Shown here: piece after piece, positions 52,683 through 64,000 of the stretch
How positions within the stretch are numbered: position 1 is the first letter of the stretch
Layout: every line of letters begins with the position of its first letter
Source: Octopus sinensis
Taxonomy: Eukaryota
Assembly: GCF_006345805.1 (NCBI RefSeq)
Contig: NC_043000.1
Span: 80,290,001 to 80,354,000 of the forward strand
Direction of reading: 5' to 3'
DNA length: 64,000 nucleotides
Notes under the pieces: generated by a model
Told to the model about the DNA's origin: nothing
The model's database searches: none
The model's input: only the letters and a program-made list of their open reading frames with translations
Made by a program: the position numbers and the translations under genes

Positions 52683-52735
52683 GCTGCTGCTGCTACTGCT
52701 GCTGCTGCTGCTGCTGCTGCAGCAGCTACTATTAC
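52617..52735. repeat. (CTA)n-(CTG)n trinucleotide repeat
   Basis: Direct inspection. Confidence 0.95.
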
Positions 52736-53089
52736 TAGAATAACTTCTACTTAGTAAGCCTGGCTGGCTCCTGACCATTTCCACTTAAGTTCTCTGGACT
52801 TATTTTTCTCTTCTTTCATCATCCATATTGTGTCTACCCCTTCCCTAACAACTTACTAACCACTTTTCCTAGTCCTTCCTCACCAGAACATTGGCCTTCT
52901 GGAATTCCCATTCTGCATTTGTCCTTTCTCAGCCAACAACTTGCAACTGTTTAACCCTTTAACATTCAGTGAATTAATCATGCACTATTTTGTCACTTTG
53001 ACAATGTGTTGGTTTATTTTTAGCAAGATATTGTAGGGTAGGTTTGAAAGGCTGGGCCTGGTTAATTTGAACATGAAACCGATTGAAAA

Positions 53090-53360
53090 TTTGGGCTGCC
53101 ATGTGGCTTAGTGGTTATTGTTTTTTGGCTCACAATTGCGAGTTCAATTTACAGTAGTGTGTGGTGTCCTTGAGTTTGACACTTTATTTCACCTTGCTCC
53201 TGTCCTCTCAGCTAGTAAAAATGAGTAGTACCTGTATTTCAAAGGGCCAGCCTTGTCACTTTGTATCCCACTAAATCTCCTTGAGAACTATTTGCCTGTG
53301 CTAATGCCATGTAAAAAGCACTCAGCCCATTCTGCAGGGTAGTTGGTGTTAGGACTTTCC
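53090..53360 (+). mobile_element. SINE family C copy continuing into an RTE-3'UTR-like motif
   Basis: ggcttagtggtta head and ctcagctagtaaaaatgagt body, then gccatgtaaaaagcac...gttggtgttagga. Confidence 0.65.
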
Positions 53361-54329
53361 TTGACAGTTATTTTTTGCTTTCTCTTTATAATTTTCCAGT
53401 TGATTTCTGTCTACTTGGCATAATTTCCACAACTAAGTCATAACATTTTATTTCCACTAATAGGATCCTGTAAAATTTACAAGTCTTTGTGTTTAGTGGT
53501 TCCTCTGTTACCAAAATTCATTCCATTGTTGAAGAGAGGGAAAAGGGGAAAGGAGAAAAGGGGCGTGTGTATGTGTGGGTCAATAAAGATTTAACCATCA
53601 CACTTTATAAGTAATAAGGAAGATAGGAAAAATGATGCCTGTAACTTACATGCATACACATATATACACATACACGCATTCACACACAAATGCACACACA
53701 CACACATGCAAAATCCCCTAAAACACAAAAGTGCCAACTACTACATCCCCACCAACACCACCACCATCACCAACAACAACAACAGCAACAAATATTATCA
53801 TCACCACCAACAATAACAACAACCCCACCATCACCATTACACTACATCACCAACTATCAACAATCACCACCACTTCCATCACCACCTTTCATTAATCAAC
53901 CAACCAACCAACACCATGACCACCACCACCAATACCACACTACCATTATCCAAAAACAAGATATGCAGGTTCTGAGGAATATAAAACATTATAAGCATGC
54001 ATGTGTCAGTTGCAGGTAAATGCAGCAATATGCCGCAACTGTTGCAGATTTCTGTGTTTTGTTTGGTTACAGTTGTATAATTAAAGGGATTTTGCTGTTT
54101 TCCTTATCCTACAAAGTTCTGAGAGCCAGGAAAAGAAATATATAAAACAAGACAAAAAGATAGAAAATCTAGTATGAAAAAGAGGAAAGAAAAAAATGTT
54201 AATAAAAGTGGTGGTGCTGGTGGTGGTAAGATATAAATAATTAGATTAATTGAATGGTAATGAAGTTTAGGGAGGGAAACTCTTTACATCTTCCCTTCTT
54301 ACCCACCCATTCCCTCTTTTCCTTTTCTA

Positions 54330-54352
54330 TTGGGGTTTCTATCTGACTGCCC

Positions 54353-54395
<43 letters not shown>

Positions 54396-54757
54396 CTCTC
54401 TCTCCCTCTTATGTTTGTATGTATGTATCTATCTATCTATCTATCTATCTATCTAGTCTGCTTGCTTGTCTGTCTGTCTATCTGCCCCTCTATCTGTCTG
54501 CTCTTTTGTCTATCCTGTTTGTCTACCTACTTACTAACCTATCTATCTGTATTATGTGTGTACAAATATATATATGTATGTATATATATATATATATTAT
54601 ATATATATATAATATATATATATATATATACATTTACATATATATATCTATATATACATAAATATATGCATACTACATATGTATACAAAGATACAAACAC
54701 ATTTACACTCACTTGTATATGCATGTGTATGTTTGTGTGTATGTATATATATGTATA

Positions 54758-54797
<40 letters not shown>

Positions 54798-54799
54798 TA

Positions 54800-54886
<87 letters not shown>

Positions 54887-54950
54887 TATGTGTATGTGTA
54901 TATCATCATCATCATCATCATCATTTAACGTTGCTTTCCATGCTAGCATG

Positions 54951-54985
<35 letters not shown>

Positions 54986-55000
54986 CTATAGATATGTGTA
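54330..55000. repeat. (CT)n/(TCTA)n/(TA)n/(CAT)n low-complexity block with a short minus-strand RTE-type tail
   Basis: Direct inspection. catcatcatttaacgttgctttccatgctagcatggg at ~54905-54952 is the reverse complement of the RTE tail. Confidence 0.85.
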
Positions 55001-56029
55001 TCACCTCTCTTCTCTCTCTTGAAGCATATCTCTCTCTCTCTCTCATCATTGATTTCTTTAATTATTCTTTTCTCACTTCTTGCCTCCTCATTCTCTGTAA
55101 CAGATGCACACATATATTCACACACACGTGCGAGTGCACACGTAAACAGACACACAGACACATACACACACATGCACATGCACACACATACTAATTGTTT
55201 TTCTACAACTAATTCTTCCAACCCCATTTCTCTTCCTCCTCCATCTCTCCCTCTCTCTCTTTCCCTCTCTCTCTCTTTACCTCCTCACGTCTTCCTGTAC
55301 CTTCTCCCTGATCCCCTCCTATCCCAATATTGTTCCTAGCTTCTGGCATTGCCCCTCTCTCTCTTTCTCTCACTTTGCGCTAATTTGTTTGTCCCCTATA
55401 ACCCACTTCACTAGAATTGTTTCTATTAATTCCCAGCTACCCTCTTCCTTCTTCTCTGCTCTACTTCTTTAATGTATCCATCCTTTCACAACTACCCACT
55501 GTTGCTGTGATTTTTCCATCTCTCTCTCTCTCTCTCTTTCTTTCTCTCTGTCTTCTCCTATCATTTTCTCTCTGCACTCCTCATAATTTCTCCTCCACCA
55601 CCTACTTTCTCTTTACATTTCACCAAACCACTTTGCCACCATCATGTCGAGCCCTCCCTTCCTGTCCCTTTACCTTTCTAACACCTCTCCAGCCTCCCCC
55701 ATCCTTCTGCAACCTGAACTCTAATTGGCTGTGGTACCCACCTACATATACACTTACCCCCACAACACACAAACACATGCAATAATTATCCACCCTTCTA
55801 CCCCATCGAAGCCTCTGATCATATGACAGTTCTTCTATAACATGCAACCTGATTTCTATTTCCACCTAGATCTACTTTACTTGTCTTCATCAATGAATCC
55901 CTGGTTCATTTCAACATTACACCCAAAGGCACAGGCATAGCTGTGTGGTTAGAAGGTGCGTCATCCCTTTTATAAGACAGTAGGTTGTGATTTGAAGGAG
56001 CCTTGGCTACTAGTTATAGCATGTCAAGT

Positions 56030-56530
56030 GACAAGATCCATCTTTTCAACATGTTGATTCTGCCTGTTGTACTCTACAGCACTGAAGCCTGAACACCATC
56101 ATCAAACAGGACCTGAACAAGCTCGAGGTATTTCAAATGGGGTGTCATCTTCATGACTGAATCTCAAACAACATTTGAGAACAATGCCAGCCACAGCCAA
56201 CCATTGAAGACCAAGTCCAGCAGCGGAGGCTACAGCGGTTTGGCTATGTCTGCTGGATGAGCACTAGAAGACTACCATACCAACTTTTGTGGCAGCAGTG
56301 ATCCATGCCCTGGAGAATCCAGTGCAAAGTAGGAAAGAAGACATGGGCAAAACAAATCGAGGTTGACCTGAAATCACAGCACCTCAAGCTTGAGCATACA
56401 AAGGCCAGCACCATAGACCAGAAAGCATGGAATAATATCATCGCCAGAGTACATGGAATAATATCATCCAGCAGCACCACATCAGAGTATTGGTCGAGAG
56501 GATAGCCTTCCCCTCCAGTCATCAGCTAGG
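56030..56530 (+). mobile_element. Old RTE-clade 3' remnant
   Basis: ILPVVLYSTEA (LYGSETW-like) and GKKTWAKQIEVDLK. Confidence 0.55.
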
Positions 56531-56934
56531 GATTAAAGAAGAAAAAGATGTCAAGTGACCATAGAGAGTTCTTGTTGGCCTGTTACTACAACACAGTTGG
56601 GAGACCTTGTTTCACAGGAGCTGAAAATGAACTCCTACTGATTCTAATGAATTTACAAAGTCTAACCCAGCCACCACCCATTGATAATAACTGAAAGATG
56701 TGGATGCAATAGACTGTGTGTTGTTAATGTATGGTACATACATTGAGATGATGTATGGCAATAAAACAGGGACAGTAGTGGCAATGATGGTAGCAGTAGT
56801 GGTGATGTTGATAATGATGAGGAGAAGGACCATATTCATTACAACAGTGATAATTATGGTTATGAAAGTTCAGTCACAGTCAGTGATATGGTGTTCCATG
56901 AAGATGTATTTGTTCAGTCAATTGAATAACCTGC

Positions 56935-57235
56935 TCTTGAATTAACATGTAAGAGGGTGAAAATTCCCCAGACACATGAGTACTCTTAAAGTAATTCTCT
57001 GATAGGATCAGTATGACACAATGTATGACAAAGCTGTCTCCTTTTGAATTACAAGTACAATCCATCTGATGGGATTCTATACTGTTTTCCTCTACTCAAT
57101 TTCATGCTCAAGGTATGGCTTACTCCAAAGCTATAGACAACGATGTTTACTCAAAGTGTGGCAAGGTAGAACTGAATCAGGCATCTCATAGTTGAAAAAC
57201 AAACGTCCTAAGCATTCATCCATACTGCATCTTCT
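56935..57235 (-). mobile_element. SINE family C-like, diverged
   Basis: Shares the aattaacatgt...gagtactc...tttgaattaca body with the 37680 copy. Confidence 0.55.
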
Positions 57236-57254
57236 GTTGAAGTCTAACATTTGT

Positions 57255-57660
57255 AGGCATAGGAGTGGCTGTGTGGTAAGTAGCTTGCTTACCAACCACA
57301 TGGTTCTGGGTTCAGTCCCACTGTGTGGTACCTTGGGCAAGTGTCTTCTACTATAGCCTTGCACCCACCAAAGCCTTGTGAGTGGATTTGGTAGACAGAA
57401 ACTGAAAGAAGTTTGTCGTATATATGTATATATATGTATGTGTGTGTATATGTTTGTGTGTCTGTGTTTGTCCCACCAACATCACTTGACAACCGATGCT
57501 GGTGTGTTTACATACCCTTAACTTAGCGGTTTGGCAAAAGAGACCAATAGAATAAGTGCTAGGCTTACAAAGAATAAGTCCTGGGGTCGATTTGCTTGAC
57601 TAAAGGCGGCGCTCCAGCATGGCCACAGTCAGATGACTGAAACAAGTAAAAGAGTAAACA
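57255..57660 (+). mobile_element. SINE family A, complete
   Basis: ggagtggctgtgtggtaagtagcttgc head through gactgaaacaagtaaaagagtaaa tail. Confidence 0.9.
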
Positions 57661-57754
57661 AAAGAAAGAATTGCTTGTTCCTCATGTATTTCTTAAGTAG
57701 AGCATTAATATTACACAATCAAGTAATTTATGTATTTGTCTCTTACTCCATGCT

Positions 57755-58040
57755 CATTGTAACATAGTTTCATCAAGACTATGGTAACTCTATCAGAGTG
57801 TCATCAACCCTGTGGTAATCTTAACATAGGTTCTTCAAGTCTATAGTAACTGCAACATAGTGTCATAAAGTCTATGATAAGAGAATATCGTCATCTCTAT
57901 AGTAATTGTAACATAATGTCATCACGATAATGGTAACTGTAACATAGTGTGATCAACTGCATGGTAACTGCAACATAGTGTCATTAAGTCTATGGTAATT
58001 GAAACAGTGGTTTCAGGTCTATGATAACTGTAACATAGGT
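57755..58040 (+). repeat. Minisatellite, ~30-bp unit (ATGGTAACTGTAACATAGTGTCATCAAGTCT), ~9-10 degenerate copies
   Basis: Direct inspection. The units are contiguous with no unique spacers. Confidence 0.8.
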
Positions 58041-58255
58041 GCAGGTGTGGCTGTGTGGTAAGAAGCTTGTTTCTCAACCGCTTGGTTCTGCATGACACCT
58101 TAGGTAAGTGTCTTGTACTATAACCTCAGGCTGACGAAAGCCTTGAGAGTGGATTTGGTTGACAGAAACTGAAAGAAGCCTGTTGTGTATATGTGTGTGT
58201 GTGTCTTTGTGTCTGAGTTTGTCCCCTCCACCATCGCTTGACAACCGATGTTGGT
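58040..58255 (+). mobile_element. SINE family A, 3'-truncated
   Basis: Head and body match the other A copies. Confidence 0.75.
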
Positions 58256-59037
58256 CCTATATTTAAGAGATGAGGAATTATGTATCATATATATATCAAA
58301 AATAGTATATGATATATTACATCATACTGTTATTGTTATACTTGGGGATGGTCATTTATTTTTATTTTTGCCAATTAAACACATGCATTATTTATTTGAT
58401 CTTCATTTTAGTTTTATTTGTATTATTCTTAGTTTATTTGTTGGTTCTTTCCTCACACATTCCGTGGCCTCTTCAGTGACTCTCTGTCCCATATGTCTCC
58501 TCCTGTCCTGCTTATTCCATTTTGTCCTTCTGTAGTATGTATCTCTATCTGCATGTGTGTCTACATCTCTATGTCTGTCGTAAAATAATACAAATAAAAA
58601 GTAAAGTGAAGATGAAATAAATAACACACATATTCTATTGGCAAAAGAAAAAGTTATTATCCCCAAGTTTAACAATATCTGTTTTAACACACATTTTCAC
58701 AACAAGAATCTTGCAAAACAAATGTATAAATGTATATTATATTGTATTATATATTACACACATATCCTATTCAATTTTATATATAATTACATGTATTATC
58801 AAATTTGTTATTACTAATTTTACCAGGTGAAATTCTACTTTTATCATTGAGTGTCCACTATCACCAGTCAGTAACTGTTCTATTGTTATTCTTAATATTT
58901 CTTTAAAATAACAGCCTTATATTTTTCATATATTTTACAGATATTTTCTCTATATTTTGTTTTCAATATATTTTACATGTGATTCATGTTATTTTATGTG
59001 TTTTCTATATATTCTCAATATATTTCATATATTGTAG

Positions 59038-59243
59038 GTGGTGATGCTAAACTCTTACTGCTGCTATGTGTTTCTCCAACCAAGCACTACATTACTGAAT
59101 CTCTGCAATGTCTTGGCTTCGGGCAAAGAGCCAGACAGGTTCAAAGAGGTCCAGCTAAACGTCGATTGCCAACAACCATGGAGAAATCTGAAGTTTCTGC
59201 AATCAGCAGAAGTCATTCTAAAACCCCGCCAGTAACAAAATAA
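59038..59243 (+). CDS. KIF25: Terminal coding exon of a KIF25-like kinesin-14 motor protein
   Basis: A T-rich tract and AG acceptor (59036-59037) give a phase-1 start: (G)GDAKLLLLLCVSPTKHYITESLQCLGFGQRARQVQRGPAKRR...stop. This closely matches the KIF25 motor C-terminus GGDAKLLVILCISP...LQGLGFGIRARQVQRGPA as recalled; not searched. Confidence 0.88.
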
Positions 59244-59459
59244 CAGCAAACAACTAAACAAGCCAACAAGGACAGCCTCTGTATAGTTGCTAATATGCTA
59301 GAAATAGCAGCCAAAACTTCCTCAAATTACACACTACCATTTGAAAAGAAAAGAACATTAAATAATATAGTACTAGATATCTGGGGAACAAATATATGAA
59401 TTGTATAGGATTCAAAAACAACAGCAACAATTAAAATTAATAATTATAATTCTTTCTAA

Positions 59460-59633
59460 TTTTTGTGCAGCAATTTTGAGGAGAAGAACAAATTGATTAT
59501 ATTGACCTGAGTACTTGACTGGTACTTTATTTTATCAATCCTGTGGCTTTTGAACTCACAATGTAAAGGAGCCAGAAGTAATGCTACTAAGCACTTTTTT
59601 TCAGGCATGGTAATGACTGTACCAGCTCACCAC
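59460..59633 (-). mobile_element. SINE family B, diverged
   Basis: Minus-strand gtggtgagctggtacag head and ataaaataaagtaccagtcaagtactc body. Confidence 0.65.
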
Positions 59634-60062
<429 letters not shown>

Positions 60063-60064
60063 TT

Positions 60065-61640
60065 GAGTGAGAGAGCAGTGCATGCCATCAAAGTGACACT
60101 GGGGTAAAATATACGAAGCCCAGTATATCCATCATGACAACCCATCACTTAAGGGTACACTCGGCACATGCATCACAACCATATGTGCGCGACATGGTGA
60201 TCTCATATCAAGATAAACAGCACATGACCTTGCAGATGGGGCCCAGTTAGAATTTTCTTCAGGTTGAGTAACCCACCCCACTCAAAAGGTCCCTGAATAA
60301 GGGTTGTTTAAGGATGTTGAACAAAAAATCCTTCATCCTCAGCCGAAAGGAGGTAGTCACAGTTCTAGGACAGCACTCTACACCATATGAGATGTCATCG
60401 GGTGTACCACAGGGATCTGTCCTTGGTCCCCTCTTGTTTGTGGCATACATTAACGACAGAGATGCCAATTTAAAGAATGCCACAGTATTGAAATATGCAG
60501 ACGACATCAAGCTGTACCTTGAAATCAAGAGGACAGATCCTGATGTCTACAACTCTTTCCTGCAATCAGACCTAGACACAATGCAGCAATGGATCACAGA
60601 CTGGCAACTGAAACTGGCTGTGGACAAGTGTACCACCATGCATTTTGGGAGAAAAACCCTGCGTTCACTTACTCCCTCCACAACACTGATATCAAGAAAT
60701 CCTCTTGCGAGCGTGACCTAGGCATCACTGTCAGCAGTGATTTGCGTTGGTCAAAGCATATCTCTAAGATTGTCAGGAAGGCCGAGGGTGTCTTGGCATC
60801 ACTCAGCAGGTCTTTTGTTAGCCGCTCTCCAGCCATCTATTTAAAACTGTATACAGCTATGGTACGACCACACTTGGAATTCGCATCATCAGTTTGGAAC
60901 CCCTATCTTGCACAGAACATTGACCTCCTGGAATCTGTCCAGAGACGTGCAACCAAACGCATACCCTCCATCAGACACCTACCATATTCTGAGCGCCTTG
61001 TTTCCCTGGGCATGGATTCACTGAAGCTCCGGCGTTTGGCGACGGACTTGGTAAACACCCACAAAGTTATCAACCACCTCACCAACAACAACACTGAACA
61101 CCTTTTTGATCTCCATGTGTCTAACACACGTGGACATGCCTACAAAGTCAGAAAACAATACAGCTCCCATGACTTTCGGAAACATTTTTTCACGCTCAGA
61201 GTTGCTGAAGCATGGAATAAACTGCCTGCGTCAGTTGTTGACTGCCATGACACTGCATCTTTTAAGGCCCTCATGCTTTCCGAAATCCGCCGAAACTACA
61301 CCTGATTATATATACACTTTAGATGAGTTGTAGTGCACCTGAGCACTGTACACAATTATTATTATTATTATTATTATTATTATAAAACACCCATTTTTCC
61401 AGAGGTGAATTATTCAAACCTCAAAGAATCCCTCTAAACACTTGGCTATGATGCCCCACCACTGTTTCTGTTTGTGATTAGAGATGCACATATCGTCAGC
61501 CACTAAAGGACATGGTCAACTGGTTAAGTTCAAACAACTGACAAGCAAATCTGTAGTATTGAGCAGAATATTTGCTGTAGCCCATTTTTTATACCAAGAC
61601 AAAACAATGTACATGATAACACTTCCAATCAGTTAAGATC
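60065..61640 (-). mobile_element. (AAT)n-embedded ~560-bp non-coding element, copy 1 (interrupted by CR1)
   Basis: 60065-60326 plus 61384-61640 are colinear with 61678-62235. About 40 bp are missing at the minus-strand 5' end. Confidence 0.85.
60327..61383 (+). mobile_element. CR1-clade LINE, 5'-truncated, with (ATT)n tail
   Basis: GVPQGSVLGPLLF, YADD, ERDLG, VRPHLEFASSVWNPY, TRGH and RVAEAWNKLP, with one frameshift. Apparent AAAA TSD. Confidence 0.93.
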
Positions 61641-61645
61641 TATTA

Positions 61646-61676
<31 letters not shown>

Positions 61677-61677
61677 G

Positions 61678-62231
61678 GAGTGAGAGAGCAGTGCATGCCA
61701 TCAAAGTGACACTGGGGTAAAATATACGAAGCCCAATATACCCATCATGACTACCCGTCTGATAAGGGTACACCAGGCACATGCATCACAACCATATGTG
61801 CGCGACATGGTGATCTCATATCAGGATAAACAGCACATGACCTTGCAGGTGGGGCCCAGTTAGAATTTTCTTCAGGTTGAGTAGCCCATCCCACTCAAAA
61901 GGTCCCTGAATAAGGGTTGTTTAAGGATGTTGAAAGAACCACCCATGTTTCCAGAGGTGAATTATTCAAACCCCAAAGAATCCCTCTCAACACATGGCTA
62001 TGATGCTCCCCCACTACTTCTGCTCGTGATCAGAGATGCACATATCGTCAGCCACTAAGGGACATGCTCAACTGGTTAAGGTCAAACAACTGACAAGCAA
62101 ATTTGTGGTATTGAGCAGAATATTTGCTGTAGCCCATCTTTTATACCAAGACAAAACAATGTACATGATAACACTTTCAATCAGTTAAGATCAGAAGCCA
62201 TGAGAGCCACTGGCCGGTACTGCATCGGGGC

Positions 62232-62235
<4 letters not shown>
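61678..62235 (-). mobile_element. (AAT)n-embedded non-coding element, copy 2 (longest, 558 bp)
   Basis: Bounded by (TTA)n on both sides; no ORF. Confidence 0.85.
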
Positions 62236-62271
<36 letters not shown>

Positions 62272-62374
62272 GAGTGAGAGAGCAGTGCATGCCATCAAAG
62301 TGACACTGGTGTAAAATATACGAAGCCCAATATACCCATCATGACTACCCGTCTGATAAGGGTACACCAGGCAC
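62272..62374 (-). mobile_element. (AAT)n-embedded non-coding element, copy 3 (103 bp, shared terminus only)
   Basis: Has the same gagtgagagagcagtgcatgcc end as copies 1 and 2; (TTA)n flanks. Confidence 0.85.
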
Positions 62375-62432
62375 ATTATTATTATCATTATTATTATTAT
62401 CATCATTATTATTATTATTATCATCATCATTA

Positions 62433-62502
<70 letters not shown>

Positions 62503-62506
62503 CATT

Positions 62507-64000
62507 CAGTAGTTTTATTTTTATAGCGTGCTTTCACTTCACTACCGAGCACAGCTCTGTGTGCCTTGGGTATGTGCTGTGATTTGTTGTGATGCTCTGA
62601 TGGTTATTGTATGGAAAGTGTTCTGCGTAGGATGTGTGCAGTGTCTAGTAGTGCAATTTTCTGTATGTTATATGTGTTTGTAAGACTTGGTGTTCTTGTT
62701 ATGTATTTGTCTGAATATTTTTTTATCATGCCTAATGCACCTACTATGATAGGGATTGTTTCTGTTTTTAGATTCCACATTCTGGTTACCTCTATTTCCA
62801 GGTCTTTGTATTTTGAAAGTTTCTCCATTTCTTTTAGAGACACGTTGTCATCTGCCGGTATTGATACATCAATTAGAAAGCATTTTTTTTCTTCATGATC
62901 TCTGACAACTATATCTGGTCTGTTGGCCTTAATTTCTCTATCTGTGTGTATCGGCATATCCCAGAGTATGGTTGCTTTCTCGTTTTCTGTGACCTTTTCT
63001 GGTGTGTGTCTATACCATCTTTTTTCTGTTGTTATTCCATAATGTTGGCATAGCTTCCAGTGTATGTAGGTTCCAACTCTGTCATGTCTGTGAATATATT
63101 CCTTCTTAGCCAGGACTGGGCAGCCAGAGATAATATGATTTATTGTTTCTTGTCCATCTCCACATATTCTGCAGTTACTTGTTATATTTCTTTTCATTAC
63201 ATGTTTTTGGTAATTTCAGGTGGGGAGGCTTTGGTCTTGTGCTGCAATTAAAAATCCCTCTGTCTCTGCTTTGAGTCCTGAGCTTCTCAACCATTGCTGG
63301 GATTTTTCTTTGTCTATTTCTTTTGTGTTTAGTTTAGTCCAGTATTTACCATGAAGGGGCTTTTCTTGCCATCATTTTATCATGGTTCGTTGCTGTTCTA
63401 TTTTTTAGTTTGGATTTCATTTGTTTTATAGCTTTTGTTGTTTCTTCATCTTCTTCTTCTTCTTCTTCTTCATATTTATTAGGTGGTATGATTTCTTGTT
63501 TGTATTTGTCAGCTTCCTTAAATACTGAGAACAGTTTTTTTGTTTTGCTCGTGTTTTGCTGCTATTTGTATCAATTTTCCTTCCTTCTGAAGTAGGTATT
63601 TTTGCAGTCCTATGGTGGTTATTTTATAGTATTTTTCCAGCTGTATAAGGCCTCTACCACCTTCTATACGTTGTATATATAGTCTTTCTATGTCAGATTT
63701 TGGGTGATGCATCCTAGATCCTGTCATTATTTTTCTTGTTTTCCTATTTATTGTGGTCAGTTCATTTAGTGTCCAGTTAAGGATATTGTAGCTGTAACTT
63801 ATAACTGGGACAGCTAAAGTGTTAATACCTGTTATCTTGTTTTTAGCATTGAGCCCTGTTTTTAGTATTGATCTAACTCGTCTATAATATTCTTTTTTTA
63901 TTTTCTCTTTCATTTGTGTGTGTTGTGTCTTATCTAGTTCATGGATTCCTAAGTATTTGTAAGTTTGGCTTTGGTCTAATTCTTCTATTTCATTGGTTTT
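62507..64000 (-). mobile_element. R4/Dong-like non-LTR retrotransposon, 3' part (post-RT, CCHC knuckle, REL endonuclease, 3' UTR); runs off the right edge
   Basis: INTLAVPVISYS...IERLY..RIEGGRGL; CRICG...ETINHIISGC; RPDIVV...IDVSIP; EKLSKYKDL; PIIVGALG; ILRRTL. The ~100-bp 3' UTR ends in (AAT)n. Confidence 0.93.

Noticed and set aside
52494-54019. Poly-Ser ORF (52494-52784) and Gln/His/Pro-rich ORF (53690-54019)
   Set aside because: They derive from trinucleotide and CAC/CAA low-complexity tracts.
57265-57340. tRNA-like A/B boxes at SINE heads
   Set aside because: No cloverleaf or anticodon arm; they are followed by SINE bodies, so they are not tRNA genes.
57755-58040. CRISPR-like appearance of ~30-bp repeats, also considered for 26590-26762 and the RTE 3' UTR units
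   Set aside because: The units are contiguous and degenerate with no unique spacers, there are no cas genes, and the context is eukaryotic.

Overview
AT-rich eukaryotic genomic DNA, densely packed with microsatellites and transposons. The SINE/LINE families look like those of an octopus-type cephalopod; this is inferred from the repeats, not proven. Only one host coding exon is recognisable: the terminal exon of a KIF25-like kinesin-14 gene (59038-59243, +). The ~59 kb upstream is therefore probably intron or intergenic. It holds four copies of an RTE-clade LINE with a PHD finger inside the RT, three or four other RTE remnants, a Ty3/Gypsy pol remnant joined in frame to an L1/Tx1-like ORF1, and three Penelope remnants, one with a minimal-hammerhead-like motif. 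It also holds mariner (DD34D), maT (DD37D) and DD36E Tc1-like transposons, a Charlie-type hAT MITE, stacked Helitron ends, two long inverted-repeat structures and three SINE families. Downstream of the kinesin stop lie a near-perfect ~147-bp palindrome and a tandem array of (AAT)n-embedded elements: three copies of a ~560-bp non-coding element with shared 3' ends, a CR1 fragment and an R4/Dong-like LINE. No prokaryotic systems, CRISPR arrays, rRNA or true tRNA genes were found. Coordinates of degraded repeats are approximate.
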